DNA of 64,000 nt from Saccostrea cucullata (taxonomy: Eukaryota). How positions within the stretch are numbered: the stretch's first letter is position 1; every line of letters begins with the position of its first letter. Below, piece by piece: positions 11,518 through 23,848 of the stretch. The stretch is taken from contig NW_026929454.1 in NCBI RefSeq assembly GCF_032062105.1, positions 62,001-126,000 on the forward strand, read 5' to 3'. The notes beneath the pieces were generated by a model. That model saw only the letters and a list, made by a program, of their open reading frames with translations. It ran no database searches and was not told the origin of the DNA. The translations under genes were made by a program, and so were the position numbers.

Positions 11518-14500
11518 ATGGATGAATTAGACAAAGAAATCACATTTATTGATAATAAGTTGAATGAGCTACGTAATCGTAGTCTCGAAGTGAATAGTGG
11601 GTTTGACCATTCGACCCCTAAGGAAGTACTGAACCCCCAGTCGAGTTCATTTGACTCGGGAATGGAGACGGCGCGACCGTCAATGTTTTCAAGGAAAACT
11701 TCATCCTTTTTGCATGAAACTCCTCAAGTAGAGAGGCATTACCCTGCCTCAGACATTTTTTTTTGGTGCAAGGCCTAAAGAAAGTATCGGTATTCCCAGT
11801 TATAGACAAAGCTTTGGCTTACCAGACGATGATGACTATTTGTCGTCTGGTATTACTATGAGAAAACCTTCAAGAGTAAGGTTTTCATCACCGACACGTT
11901 TAAGCGCCAGAGAAAAACCTTCTCCTAAGGCAGCCACTGTAGTCATGAAGCCTGCTACATATGATGGAACGATAGCATGGCAAGACTACCGCAGTCACTT
12001 TGAAGCGTGTGCCCAAATAAACGGCTGGAACGAGGAAAATAAAGGTACCTACCTTGCTGTTTCCTTGCGTGGTAATGCCCTGGGGGTCTTGGGGAATCTT
12101 CCCAGAGGAAGAACTCCAGAATATGAAGAGTTGGTGCGTGTTTTGGAAGAGAGGTTTGCTCCACCAAGTCAGACAGAGTTATACAGAGTACAGATGAGAG
12201 AGCGTCGGCAGAAGCCTGGGGAAACATTGCCAGAACTCGGTCAGGCAATTCGGAGACTTGCCAACCTCGCTTACCCAACACCAGACGCCGAAATAAGGGA
12301 GACTCTTTCTAAAGATCAATTTATTGACGGGCTTGTTGATTCCGAGATGAGGATACGAAGAAAGCAAGCTAGGCCAGCAAATTTAAATGAGGCGATAAGG
12401 TTAGCTGTAGAGTTAGAGGCATATAACAGGGCCGAGCGTAAAAGCCATCTCAGGAGTGCGACCCCTAAAGTTTGCAATAAAATGTATGAACATAAAGAGG
12501 GTGACCTTATATCCCTGATTACGAAGCTCTCTGACAAATTCGAGAAGTTTTCTAAAGATGTAGAAGAAATGAAACAAAGGAGATCTCCATCTTTCCCTGT
12601 TTGAGTAAGGGTGGTTACAAGGAAGGGGGCAAGGACAGGGTTAAATGCTTCTATTGTCATGAACAGGGTCACATGCGTAAAGATTGCCCAAGTCTTAGAG
12701 CCAAGGGCAAGGAAGCTGCAAAAGGCAGCAGTAGCGATTTTAAAAGCCATGGGGAGACATTCTCCCATGCTTCTGTGGGGTCTAATACTATTGGTCTGGA
12801 ATCAGGGTTGTTTGTTAATGCTAAAGTCAATGGGTTGGATTCAAAACTTCTCGTTGACACAGGAGCAACTTTGGCCCTTGTCTCTGCTAAATTGATTGAA
12901 CATATCGTAAGCCAGGACACCCCAAAATTATTTCCAATGGAACGAGATGTTTTAGACGCAGGTGGAAATAATTTAAATGTGATGGGGAAGGGTATGTTCC
13001 CTTTTCAAATAAGCAATTTTCAATGTTCTGTGAAAGCTGTTGTTGCCGAACTGAATGTTGATGGCATTATAGGCCTTGATTTCTAACTAGAACATGACTG
13101 TAGTGTAGACTTGAGAAGCCAAGAGTTAGTCGTGGGACAACATAACAGGTTTATCATGGTAAAGAAAGGTCACTTTGGGTGTTTTAGGGTGGTAACGTTG
13201 AACACAGTGACCATTCCTGCAAACAAAGAGGTTTTAATACCTGGAAAGGTTTGTCTACCAGAGGGTGGTCAGCTGCCTTCTCGTGAAAGTTTGGTTGAAC
13301 CGTTAGAAGAAAATACTATAGAGTCGTCTACTGTAGTTGGGAGATCTTTGGTTCTAGGTGCGGAAGTATGGCCAGTTCGTGTTTTCAGCTACACTGTTGA
13401 ACCTTGTCTTATTCACAAGGGCACAAGCTTGGGCCAGATAAGCCCGGTATTTTCAGTGAGTAACAATTGTCAAGAGGTAGTTGCTCTGGAAGTCAATGAG
13501 CAACTGGAGGATCTTCTCGAACGATGCAGTGAGGACCTAACAAAGGATCAAGTCAAGACTGTTCGTGATATGCTGAAAAGTTATGGCCATCTTTTTGCAA
13601 AAGATAATTCGGACTTTGGCTCAACCAGTGTTATCGAGCATGAAATTAATGTGGGGAACGCTTAACCTGTAAAAGAACCCCCTCGCCGTCTCCCATATCA
13701 TGCCACTGAAACAGTTGACAAGCAATTGCAGGAAATGATGAGAGATGGAATAATTGAGCCATCATCCAGTCCTTGGGCTGCAGGCGTTGTACTTGTGAAG
13801 AAGAAGGATGGTTCGACACGTTTTTGTGTTGATTATCGGAAGCTGAACAAGTTGACGATTCAGGATGCGTATCCTCTTCCTCGCAGAGACGAGTCCCTCG
13901 ACAGTCTGAAAGGTAACAAATGGTTTTCGATCCTTGATTTGTTTTCCGGTTATTGGCAAGTATCTGTCAATCCAGAGGACCGTCTAAAACAGCCTTTGTT
14001 ACTCGTAAAGGTCTATACCAATTTAAGAAAATGCCTTTTGGATTGAGTGGCGCTCCCGTGATATTTCAGAGGCTCATGGAGAAGATTGACTGGGCTTCAA
14101 TGGGAGATCTGTTTGATTTATTTGGTTGATGTAATATTTGTCGGTAAAACATTCGAGCAAATGATTCAGAATTTGAAGACCGTTTTGATCGCCTCATTGC
14201 AGCAGGTCTCAAGCTTAAGGCGAAGAAATGTACTCTCTTTGCTAAGGAAGTTTTATATTTGGGCCATGTTATATCTGAGGAGGGGGTTGCTACAGACCCG
14301 GAGAAAGTGAAAGTGATAAAGGATTGGCCAGAACCTTGCAACGTCAGTGAGGTCCAATCGTTTCTTGGCCTTTGTGGATATTATCAACGTTTTGTCGAGA
14401 AATATTCGGAAAGGGCCAAACCTTTATCCAAGCTGACGGAAAAAGGGGCTACGATGAATTGACACAGGATTGTCAGGATGCCTTTAGGGATCTAAAGCAG

Positions 14501-15612
14501 CAATTGTGCCAGGCTCCGATACTGGCAATGCCAGATTTTCATCATGAGTTCATTCTGGATACAGACGCAAGCAACCAAACCATTGGAGCCGTCTTATCGC
14601 AGAATATAGATGGTATTGAAAGACTGATTGCGTATGCAAGTCGCACCCTGTCAAAAGCTGAGCGCCAGTATTGCGTCACCAGAAAAGAACTGCTAGCGGT
14701 GGTAAACTTCACGAAATATTTCAAACATTATCTGTACGGCAAGCAATTCACCGTGAGAACAGACCACAGTTCCTTGCGCTGGTTGCTCAATTTTAAGAAT
14801 CCTGAGGGTCAGTTGCGCGATGGCTCGAGGCGCTAGGGAATTTTAAAATGAAAATAGAACACCGTCCTGGAAAACAACATAGCAATGCTGATGCGCTAAG
14901 TCGACTGTCTTGCAAGAAGTGCTGCATGCCTGATGATCCGATTGAATTGCAAGTACGCAACTTAGCTCCGGACACAAATATGAAGTCTCTACAAAAGAAA
15001 GATGCTGCTTTAGAACTGGTCAAAAATTGGGTTTTAGAGGGCAAGAAGCATGAGTATTCTACTATAAGTAGTGAGGGACGCGTGGTCAAATCGCTGTGGT
15101 TACAGTTTGAAGCTTTGATTGTTGAAGATGATATATTGTAAAGGAGATGGACTGATGGTAAAGGCACGAAGTTGCAAGCTGTTGTGCCGTTTGGTGAAAG
15201 GCGAACAGTCCTTAGTCAACATCATGACAACAGAGTGTCGGGTCATTTAGTAATGACAAAGACAGTTGCAAAGATCCGTCAACGGTACTACTGGCCAGGC
15301 CTACAGTCAGATGTTCGTGCGTACATTGCAGGCTGTGAAAAATGTAGTAAACGGAAAGGTTTTCAAAAGACAAAGCGATCGCCCATGCAGACTGTTCAGG
15401 TTGGGGCACCAATGGAACGTATAGCAACGGATATACTTGGGGAATTACCAGTAACAAATAAGGGGAATAGGTATATTCTTGTAGTATCGGACTACTATTC
15501 AAAATGGACGGAGAGCTTTCCGATGAGAAATATGGAAGCCGAGACTGTGGCAAAAGTCATCGTTGAACAAGTTATCACTCGGTTCGATGTGCCTTACGTC
15601 ATCCATTCTGAT
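11518..15612 (+). pseudogene. Gypsy gag-pol, broken into more than 9 ORF pieces
   Basis: ORFs 11518-11778, 11840-12604 (gag), 12601-13086 (CCHC and protease), 13111-13665, 13726-14462 (RT), 14372-14836 (RNase H), 14848-15612 (integrase). Confidence 0.9.
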
Positions 15613-17530
15613 CTGATGGAAAACACTGATGATTTGTTTTGTCATAAGATTTACTCTCGATGTATTTTCCCTTTTGAGAAAGAATTGTAAGTTTTGCTTT
15701 TTCATACTAACATTTTAATTTACATGATCATTCTATTTTGTCAATGAAAGTTAGAATTCTCGAAAAAAATTATTACCACACAAACAATCCATCACTGAGT
15801 ATACCTTTCCGAAGAGAACGAGAAGAATTTTGAATCATGAAACTAGGGAAAGCCTTCCCTATGGATGTAATGACAATGTCGACAGTGTTGGAAATCTTTC
15901 CTTTTTACAGTATAACAATATAAATGTGATCGGACATTTTAATCATACACAGAGACGTATGCGTAGTCATGGACATCGATCTTACAATTAATCTTTAAAT
16001 ACGATGTATCTTTGATTCAATTCTACCTTATGTAAATCGTCAGTTAGGTGTACATTATATGTGCATGTATCAAATTTTACTCTGTCCCTTTTAAACTTTT
16101 AAATATTCTTCATGAAAAAGTCAAGGAAAGATTATTGTCTGATTCCTCGACACCAGATAATAGGATCGTACATGTATCTGTGATTATGGATATAGCAAAC
16201 CATAGGCCTTTTATACCCCCACGTTTTACTGAAGAAAATGAAGCTAAAACAATCCTTTTTTTTCCTGAGACAGTCAAAATACATAATATTCTTAATCACA
16301 AAAGGGTCCAGTATTGTTTTCCAACATACCGTATAGGTAGAATTTTTAGAGAGTATCTCAGAATTTTAAGCAAAGTGTCAAGGACATGATGATCCCTCAA
16401 AATGAGACTACCACTCGCTCTAATTAATGCAAGATATCCTTTTCTCATACAATTTTCATAAGAATCCTTACAAACAATTGCAGGCCCCAGCAAATGTTCA
16501 GTCAAGCCTCTGTCTCCACGATAAATTTAAGTCCAGGCTTTTTGATATCATTGACAGCTGCTTTTTCAATAATAATGGAACTCGTAAAATCATTCTGATA
16601 ATACACACAAGTACTCTGAAGTTGACATCAAAAAGATGGTTGGGTTTCTGATTGACAATATTTTGCGGTTGGAGACCAGGTCTTCCAACAATCTATTGGA
16701 ATTCCCATGGGTACCAATAGCGCCCCTTTATTAGCAGACCTATTTTCATATTCATATGAAACAGAATTTATGCAAAATCTTATGTGTAAAAAATAGAAAA
16801 CACTTGCTGTGGCCTTCAACGCGACATGTAGATATATCGACGACGTATTGTCCATTAAAAAATGGTAATTTACATTCCAATACGATATATCCTGGTGAGC
16901 TTGGGATAAAAAATACCACAGAGTCTGATTTATTTGTTTCATACTTGGATATTTTACTTGAAAACGACGTTACAACCAAGCTCTATGATAAACGAGATAA
17001 TTTTAATTTTTCTATCGCCCCCTTCCTTTATTTATGCAGCGATATATCTTCACCACCTTTATACGGAGTATATATATCTCGGTTGATTCGGTACGGTACG
17101 CAAGAGCATGCTTTACATGTGAACAATTTCAAAAACAAGGTAACATATTGACAAACAAGTTGACGAAACATGAATATCAGCAGTCTTGTTTAAAGTCATC
17201 ATTTCGTAAGTTCTATGATCGATACAATGACCTTGTCAGAAAATGCAATTTATAATTGAGTCAAATGCTGACTGACGTTTTCCGAACTAATTGTTAGTCA
17301 ATTATTTTTACACTGAATCGGCGACGGATTTTTCCGTTATTTCCTGATCTTGAGATGGAGCACAAGGCGGGTGTGACTGGTCGGCAGGGGATGCTCACTT
17401 CTCCATGGCACCTGTTCCCACCTCTGATTTTTTGGTGGTCCGCGTTTGTTCTGCTCCTATTTTGTATTGGACTGGACTTCACAGTTCTGATATTGAATAC
17501 TGTTCTTGATCTCCAAATGTTTTATTTAAA
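15613..17530 (+). mobile_element. Penelope-like retroelement, Naiad/Chlamys type (GIY-YIG upstream of RT); degenerate, longest copy in the window
   Basis: ~15700-15900 decodes to HFNLHDHSILSMKVRILEK...RREREEF*IMKLGKAFP/YGCND, the C-terminal half of GIY-YIG. ~16600-17296 decodes to PLE RT (QQSIGIPMGTNSAPLLADL, RYIDD, KLYDKRD). Followed by the conserved 3' motif at ~17355-17455. Confidence 0.85.
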
Positions 17531-18639
17531 GGAAATGATATCTAAAAGATTAATATTACTAAAGAATACGAGTTGCTCGGGTAGGGAGAGTATTACATAA
17601 TCTCTACCCTTAAATGCCTGCGGGATGTACCTGCAGAAAATCAACTGTAGTACCTTTTATGGAATAAAGAAAACATGCATTTGGATATTAGTTTTGACTA
17701 AAAAAGTTAGATTCCAACAGTTGAAGAACATTTGGCCTACCCAAAGCATCGGAACAACGAGGCGTGCCGTTCTGTAGTATCTACATGTATTTCATATCGG
17801 AAGCCCTAAATTAAGATGGGAATACGCTGCTTTATGTGATATAAAACGAGATTCAAAAACATTTTAAATTCAATGTATCAGAACGGGTTTCTGTAAGCGT
17901 TTTATGTGAAATATTTGCACCAACATTTGTTAATACACCTGCAGGAAATACCGTATAACGGGTTGTTTTTAATGCTGTAAATTTTTACAGATTATGGCTA
18001 AAATGAGGTGACGTAAATTTTTACGCGTTACTTTTTACGAATTGTGGATTTCCGTAAAAATTAAAATTACCGGAGGTGAAATTCCAGATTAATATTTTAG
18101 CATTTTGAATGCGCTTACATACAGGTAGGCCTAATTCGTTTAGAAAACCCGATGTTAAAATCAAAATGAAATTATTCCCGCGATATCGAATTTCGATTCA
18201 TTCAATTATATGCTTGATCATTTAATTACCGTTATATATCAAGTCCCCTTCTTAGATTCCTGTTTTTTAATCAAAACACAATTTGTTCAGTATCATTATT
18301 GATGAGCACCACACGTGCCCGTCTTCATTTTACCGGAAATATAAAAAAAACAACTCAAACCATCATGATTAACTTGGCACTATTAAAAAGTCACGTTATT
18401 ATTGAATGCAAACAAAACAGAAGAAAGGGTAAGTGACTTTGAAAAAACGGGTACAATTTGAAGATCTGTAATAATTAAATTATTATCAGAAATTATGTTT
18501 CGTATAAAAGTAATCAGGTAATTGACGATGTTTGCATACCGTATGCGTTAATAAAGATTAACTTGTTTGATCCTAATTGATGAACAATTTAAAAGTGCTA
18601 AAAAGAACCAACAGTAATATTTCAATAGCATCCTGGTAC

Positions 18640-19916
18640 TGAGTCACTGTTAGATCAACTATCAAGCTATTGTGAAACATGGAAATTACAAATTAATGTG
18701 GACAAATCAAAGATTGTTGTTTTTAGAAAAGGGGGAATAGTGAAAGAACTTGAAAAGTGGTATATTAATGGTGAAAAACTTGAAATTGTTGATCATTTTA
18801 CATACTTGGGCATTATTTTTAATCATAATAATAAGTTTTCTCGAGCTGAGAAACATCTAGCTGAACAAGGTAGAAAAGCTTTATTTGTTCTTAAAAAGAA
18901 TATTAGAAACATGTATTTTAATCATGAGACATTATTGTCATTGTTTGATTGCTTTGTGGGCAGTATCTTAAATTATGCGTCAGAAATTTGGGGTTCACTT
19001 AAATCACCTAATATTGAAAAACTACATCTTGATTTTTGCAAACATATTTTAGGTGTTAAAAGGACAACATGTAATGTAGCTGTATATTCTGAATTAGGAC
19101 GATATCCTCTGCTTTACCACAGAATGTATAATATAATTAAGTTTTGGAAGAACATTCTTGATCAAAAAAATTGTATCATCCAACATTGTTACAGTGTTTT
19201 ACATGAGTGTGTAGAAATGCATAATGCAAAAAACTGGTTGTCAAATGTTAAAAGCATTTTATGCAATTTGGGTATGTTTGAATTATGGGAAAAACAAAAA
19301 GTTGAATGTGTGGACCTTCCTATCGTAAAGCAAAGAATTTTTGACCAGGCAAGACAGAATATTTTTTCTCAAATTGATAGCTCTAGTAAGTGTTCTTTTT
19401 ACAGATATTTAATTGCAAATCATAATTTACAATTTTACTTACGGAAACCCATACCAATAAAATATCAAAAATGTATTTCTAAATTGAGACTGTCATCACA
19501 ACAATTGGCAATTGAAACAGGTCGATATAGTAATACAGAAAGACACTGTAGATATTGTTTTTTGTGTTCCAATTATGTTGAGTATGAATTTCATTTTATT
19601 TTAATATGTCCCGCTTATGAAATTCACCGTAAAAAATACTTAAAGTCTTATTATTGGAAAAAACCTTCAATGTTTAAATTATTGCAACTTTTTAATGTTG
19701 AAAATGTTAAAGAACTATGCAATTTAGGAAAATTTATCTACTTTAGCTTGAAAACTAGAAAAGACATGTTTAATTAATCATTTATGTCATATATATATAC
19801 ATTTGTTTGATATGTATATAATAATCATATTCTCCTGTAAACCTGTACAGTCATGTTTGTATTTGTTTGTACTGATGAGCTATAATGCTCAAAGTCAATA
19901 AAGAACTTGAACTTGA
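18640..19916 (+). mobile_element. 5'-truncated CR1/L2-group LINE
   Basis: RT C-terminal part (KSKIVVF, FTYLG), KLRLSSQQLAIETGRY, CxxC...EFHFILICP zinc finger; 3' hairpin GAGC-TATAAT-GCTC, AATAAA and (GAACTT)n tail. Confidence 0.9.
18698..19777 (+). CDS. LINE ORF2 C-terminal fragment (RT thumb and CCHC region), open but 5'-truncated
   Basis: 359-aa ORF with the LINE motifs listed above. Confidence 0.8.
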   Translation: MDKSKIVVFRKGGIVKELEKWYINGEKLEIVDHFTYLGIIFNHNNKFSRAEKHLAEQGRKALFVLKKNIRNMYFNHETLLSLFDCFVGSILNYASEIWGSLKSPNIEKLHLDFCKHILGVKRTTCNVAVYSELGRYPLLYHRMYNIIKFWKNILDQKNCIIQHCYSVLHECVEMHNAKNWLSNVKSILCNLGMFELWEKQKVECVDLPIVKQRIFDQARQNIFSQIDSSSKCSFYRYLIANHNLQFYLRKPIPIKYQKCISKLRLSSQQLAIETGRYSNTERHCRYCFLCSNYVEYEFHFILICPAYEIHRKKYLKSYYWKKPSMFKLLQLFNVENVKELCNLGKFIYFSLKTRKDMFN

Positions 19917-21118
19917 GTTAAAAGGCAATTATAGCCGATATTCTCATTTTCAAATATTCTCATATTTGAAAAGCCCCTATCAATATGTAACAACATGAAA
20001 ATGTAAAATATCATGAATAAAAAAAAAACCTCGGGAAACACAAAAAGGTATTGTGTCCTTTCCCCGAATTTCACTGTTTAAATGAAAATAATAACCTAAT
20101 ACTATAAGATAGATTTACTTAGCATATGAATTGGTTTAGTAAACCAGCTTTACGAAATAGATATTGCCCTGGTACATTTACGTCATGCATTTCATTTAAA
20201 ATATTTACCCTTAGACGTTTGGTCTCATTCGGCAACAAAGAACTTTATTCGGTAATAACCAATATTTGATCCCCCAAATCAAACTTTGATGGAGGTATAT
20301 TTAATTAAGTTCTTAAACAGGGGAGTATATGTTGACTTCAAAACAGTGAATATTTTCATAAGTAATGACGTCATATGTACGTAATGACGTCACAAACATG
20401 ACGTAAATTTCAGTTTTTAATGAATTCCACAGAAAAATGTACATATTTTTATCGATATTTTGAGTAAAAGTCACCGAGCGCATGTGTGTTCAGGATCAAT
20501 ATTTTGATATAATGTGCAGAATGATAATATCAATGAAATATGTAAATATTGTTCCTGAACAAACATGCCCTCTATAAATTTTAAAGCTAAAATTGTTGAA
20601 ATTTTGTCCATTTTGTACTCTTTCTGAAATAGGATATAAAATCGGACTAGTTTGTGACGTCATAAAAACAAAAACTTTGAATAAACCACTTTGAATCTAT
20701 AATATGTTCTGTTAATTTATATTTCTCATATAATTTATTAAATTCAGCACATTTCAGGAAGTTTTCAAAATTTGACTTTTGTGGGGGCAAGTATATGCAA
20801 TATACCGCGTATAGTTCTTTATTTAAAAAGTTTTTCAAACGAATTACGAGATATTTCTCTTTGATTAATTAATCAACCAGTCCCCGTGTACATGTACACA
20901 TTAATATGTCACTGAAATCAAATATTTTTTGTAGTTAATTTTTTTTTTTGGGGGGGGGGGGGGGGTAAATTATATAAAATCAAATGGATTTCTTGATTGG
21001 TTTTCTAGATGTTTATGACAATGATATGTTAACATCCGAATTCATTTCGGGAACTCGGGCAAATGAACTTTACGGTTTGACAGTACAACAACCAAAATTG
21101 TCGTTAAAAGTATTCTTG

Positions 21119-21172
21119 ATGGGATGCTAACTTCTCAATGGCACCTGAACCACTTTCTGGTGTTTCGGAGGT
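21119..21172 (+). mobile_element. Naiad-type PLE 3' motif fragment
   Basis: GGGATGCTAACTTCTCAATGGCACCTGA...TTTCGGAGGT matches the other copies. Confidence 0.6.
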
Positions 21173-22142
21173 GAAGATAATGAACAATGACCTTTCACTG
21201 AAAACTACAAACAATATATAAATCCGTGGACGGGGTAAAGAACACGGACCCCTGAAAATTCCAGAACATTGTTCAGTTGCCTACTTGAAATAGTATATTT
21301 TAAGGTCCTGAAACAAGCAAAATTTTACAATATTTTACACACACTTTATACTAGTCACCCAAAGAGGTAAGAAAATTTTTCCCTAGTCAAAAATTTACTT
21401 TACCTTAATCATGTGGTATTTGTACCAACAATCTGGTTTTACTCAGCGCACTTGATGCCAACTTTTCGCAATAGTTATGTTCTTCTGAATAATCTTTCAA
21501 TTATAATAACAACATTTATAACGTAAGTCTGTGTAACGCTGATACTAAGTGCAAAATCATCGTAGCGTATTTGCCTGTCGGCATCGTGGAATAAGTAACG
21601 CATTTTACCCTAATCCTATTTCTACACAGTGATATACATGCATTCCGATCCAATTGTTCGAAATATTAAAACAAAAATAATTATAACAACAAGATGATGC
21701 GTGAAATTAGCATGAATTATATATTTCAATATATTATTTCTTTGCTTCTTCAGCATGACGTGTGCTTGTTAGCATTTAACGTTTAACATTTTTCAGTGAA
21801 AGAGGAAGTGAGTTTATTTGACATGGCAACGGTGTACTCAAGCAGATAACGATGTGCTTAGCTACAAATCACTAAGCATGTTGCTTAGAAGTTTTATGAA
21901 ACAGAACTTCAGCACCTTACTAATCTAACATACTTTTAAAAAAAATCTTAGAATTTTTATGCATACGAATTTGAATTATTTTATGGATGTTAGAAAGTAT
22001 TTAAACATACAAAATATTGTCTATATTTTATTGAAATGAAAAAGAATATAAAGGTAAACACACCGTAATATTTACTTAGTAATCGTACTTTTACCAATTA
22101 TAATTATAATTTTGATGAACCCATTCTAGCATGTCTTATTAA

Positions 22143-22632
22143 TACTGTTGTGTGCCAAAAGTGAAGATAATTTTATTTTTTCTTTATATATTTCATTGAA
22201 AACAATATTTTGTAAAATCGCTGATATGACAACATTTCTTGACAGATTTTATCAAAAATTTCTTGATAATCCAAGATATTGTTGTAGTTTAAAAACAATA
22301 ATAGTTTTTATCTGATAAGCATTGATAATTTAAACAAATTGTAATTTAAGTGTGATATGAATTTTTAAGTCATATACTCACAATGAATTATATAGTCAAA
22401 TTGATCTTAAATTTTAGAACTGATGTTTAGTGATGAACTATATTTTACTACATATTAAGCGTGTAATGATCTTTTAAAGAAAGATAACTACACATTTTCT
22501 GGTTTAAGTACTGAAATAAATAATCAAATTGGACAAAAATTGACCATTTACCTATGATTTTACAAAATGTTGTTTTCAATGAAATATATAGAGAAAAAAT
22601 AAAACTATTTTCACTTTTGGCACGCCACTGTA
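22143..22632. mobile_element. TA-flanked MITE (Tc1/mariner-like), ~490 bp with ~80-bp TIRs
   Basis: TACTGTTGTGTGCCAAAAGTGAA...GTAAAATC is mirrored by GATTTTAC...TTCACTTTTGGCACGCCACTGTA. Confidence 0.8.
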
Positions 22633-23003
22633 CATGATACAACAAAATTTGAAATCTGTGGCCTGAATATACATATATTAAAATGAAAATAAAAGATGTA
22701 ATACTAAACCAACGTAATTTTTAACGTATGATCTATATTTGTAAAGATATTGAAGTTTTCAATACTCCAATCATTATTTTCTTTAATAAATCTCAACGCG
22801 GAAAGTGTTCATAAGAAAACATGACAAATATAAAATCTTAAGAATTTAATTAAAATGGTTTATTTTACCTGTACAAAAAAAAATCTTGTAAAGTTTTAAT
22901 TGAGAAGAGGTTTAAAAGTATACATGCGTATTTCAGTTACAGTGTAATATTCATCAAGCTCCAATGAGTTGTAATATTTTGGTCACGGTCTTGAAGTAAT
23001 TGT

Positions 23004-23848
23004 TCATTGCAATTTATATCCAGTAAAAGAAGACCAGTTTGCATAAGCATATTTTCCATATGCACCATGTGTTCTTATCCAGACTTTGTCTTTTTTCTTC
23101 ATTTTTATTAAAGCTGTTGATGATGCACTTTCATAGTTAGAACTTCCTGATTTGCCATCCGCGTGATTGTAACCAATTAAATTTCCATTCAGAACGATCT
23201 CTGTATAAAATTGTGATGTTAAGTTTGTCAGAATTGTCCATTGAAGGAGTAAATACCATCCTCAGGCGCTGTAAATTTACCTGTGGAAGGGTCATAGGCG
23301 TTTCCAGAATTTAAGGTTACTTTTCCGAAGACCACCGCAGCATAGTTTTTAAGGTTCTGCTCGGGTGTCGATATTCGAGCGTGAAAAGCAATTATCCCTG
23401 TTTCGAACCAAGAAGAAATCAAAATTATACTCTTATACATGTATTAAGAAAAAAATTTTTTTTCACAACAATATATCGGGTTAGATTGATAAATAAACTA
23501 AAAAGGTAGATATTGTAAAATATATTACTCTGAATATATAATATGATTTTGGCTACCTTTTTCTTCTCTATTGCAATCTTTGTTTTTATACCCCATTCCT
23601 TTGCATACTGCATTGTACTTGGTGTATTTACTAATGAAATCTTGTGTGTTTTCTTTTGCAAATCCTTTGCTTAGTATAATTGCAATCACAAGAACTGCCT
23701 CCTTCTGTGCGAAAATCCTGTTTAAAATACAAAATAGAAAGAAAACGCATCTATATGAAGGATATAATTTTACTAAGTGATTTCTGAATTGATTTATTAT
23801 ACACATGCAATATCTGTAATGATCATATTATTTATAAAATACTTACAT
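23004..23848 (-). pseudogene. C1qDC paralog A, secreted globular C1q; exons ..23847, 23717-23557, 23397-23004; 1-nt frameshift at ~23241
   Basis: IAFHAR...FGKVTLNSGNAYDPSTGKFTAPEDGIYSF, frameshift, then WTILTN...DKVWIRTH...WSSFTGYKLQ*. GT-AG introns and a signal-peptide exon. Confidence 0.85.

Larger units (their letters stand above)
10552..15612 (+). mobile_element. Ty3/Gypsy LTR retrotransposon, degenerate and 3'-truncated within integrase; no 3' LTR
   Basis: Domain order gag, CCHC knuckle, protease (LVDTGA), RT (FCVDYRKLN; YLVD in place of YLDD), RNase H (TDAS...ELLAV...TDH), integrase (HHCC; DILG...IHSD). Many stops and frameshifts. Confidence 0.95.

Noticed and set aside
15825-15840. 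In-frame TGA in the PLE endonuclease as selenocysteine
   Set aside because: It falls at the conserved Trp of the RE..WI motif in a copy full of other lesions, so a simple nonsense mutation is more likely.
17355-17600. Recurrent small ORFs (MTGRQGMLT..WHLIPPL) at 17355, 40244 and 40914
   Set aside because: They are chance translations of the PLE 3' UTR motif; starts, lengths and ends are not conserved.
19870-19896. CTGATGAG hammerhead core at the LINE 3' end
   Set aside because: No GAAA after the stem. The GAGC/GCTC hairpin is the usual CR1/L2 3' recognition stem-loop.
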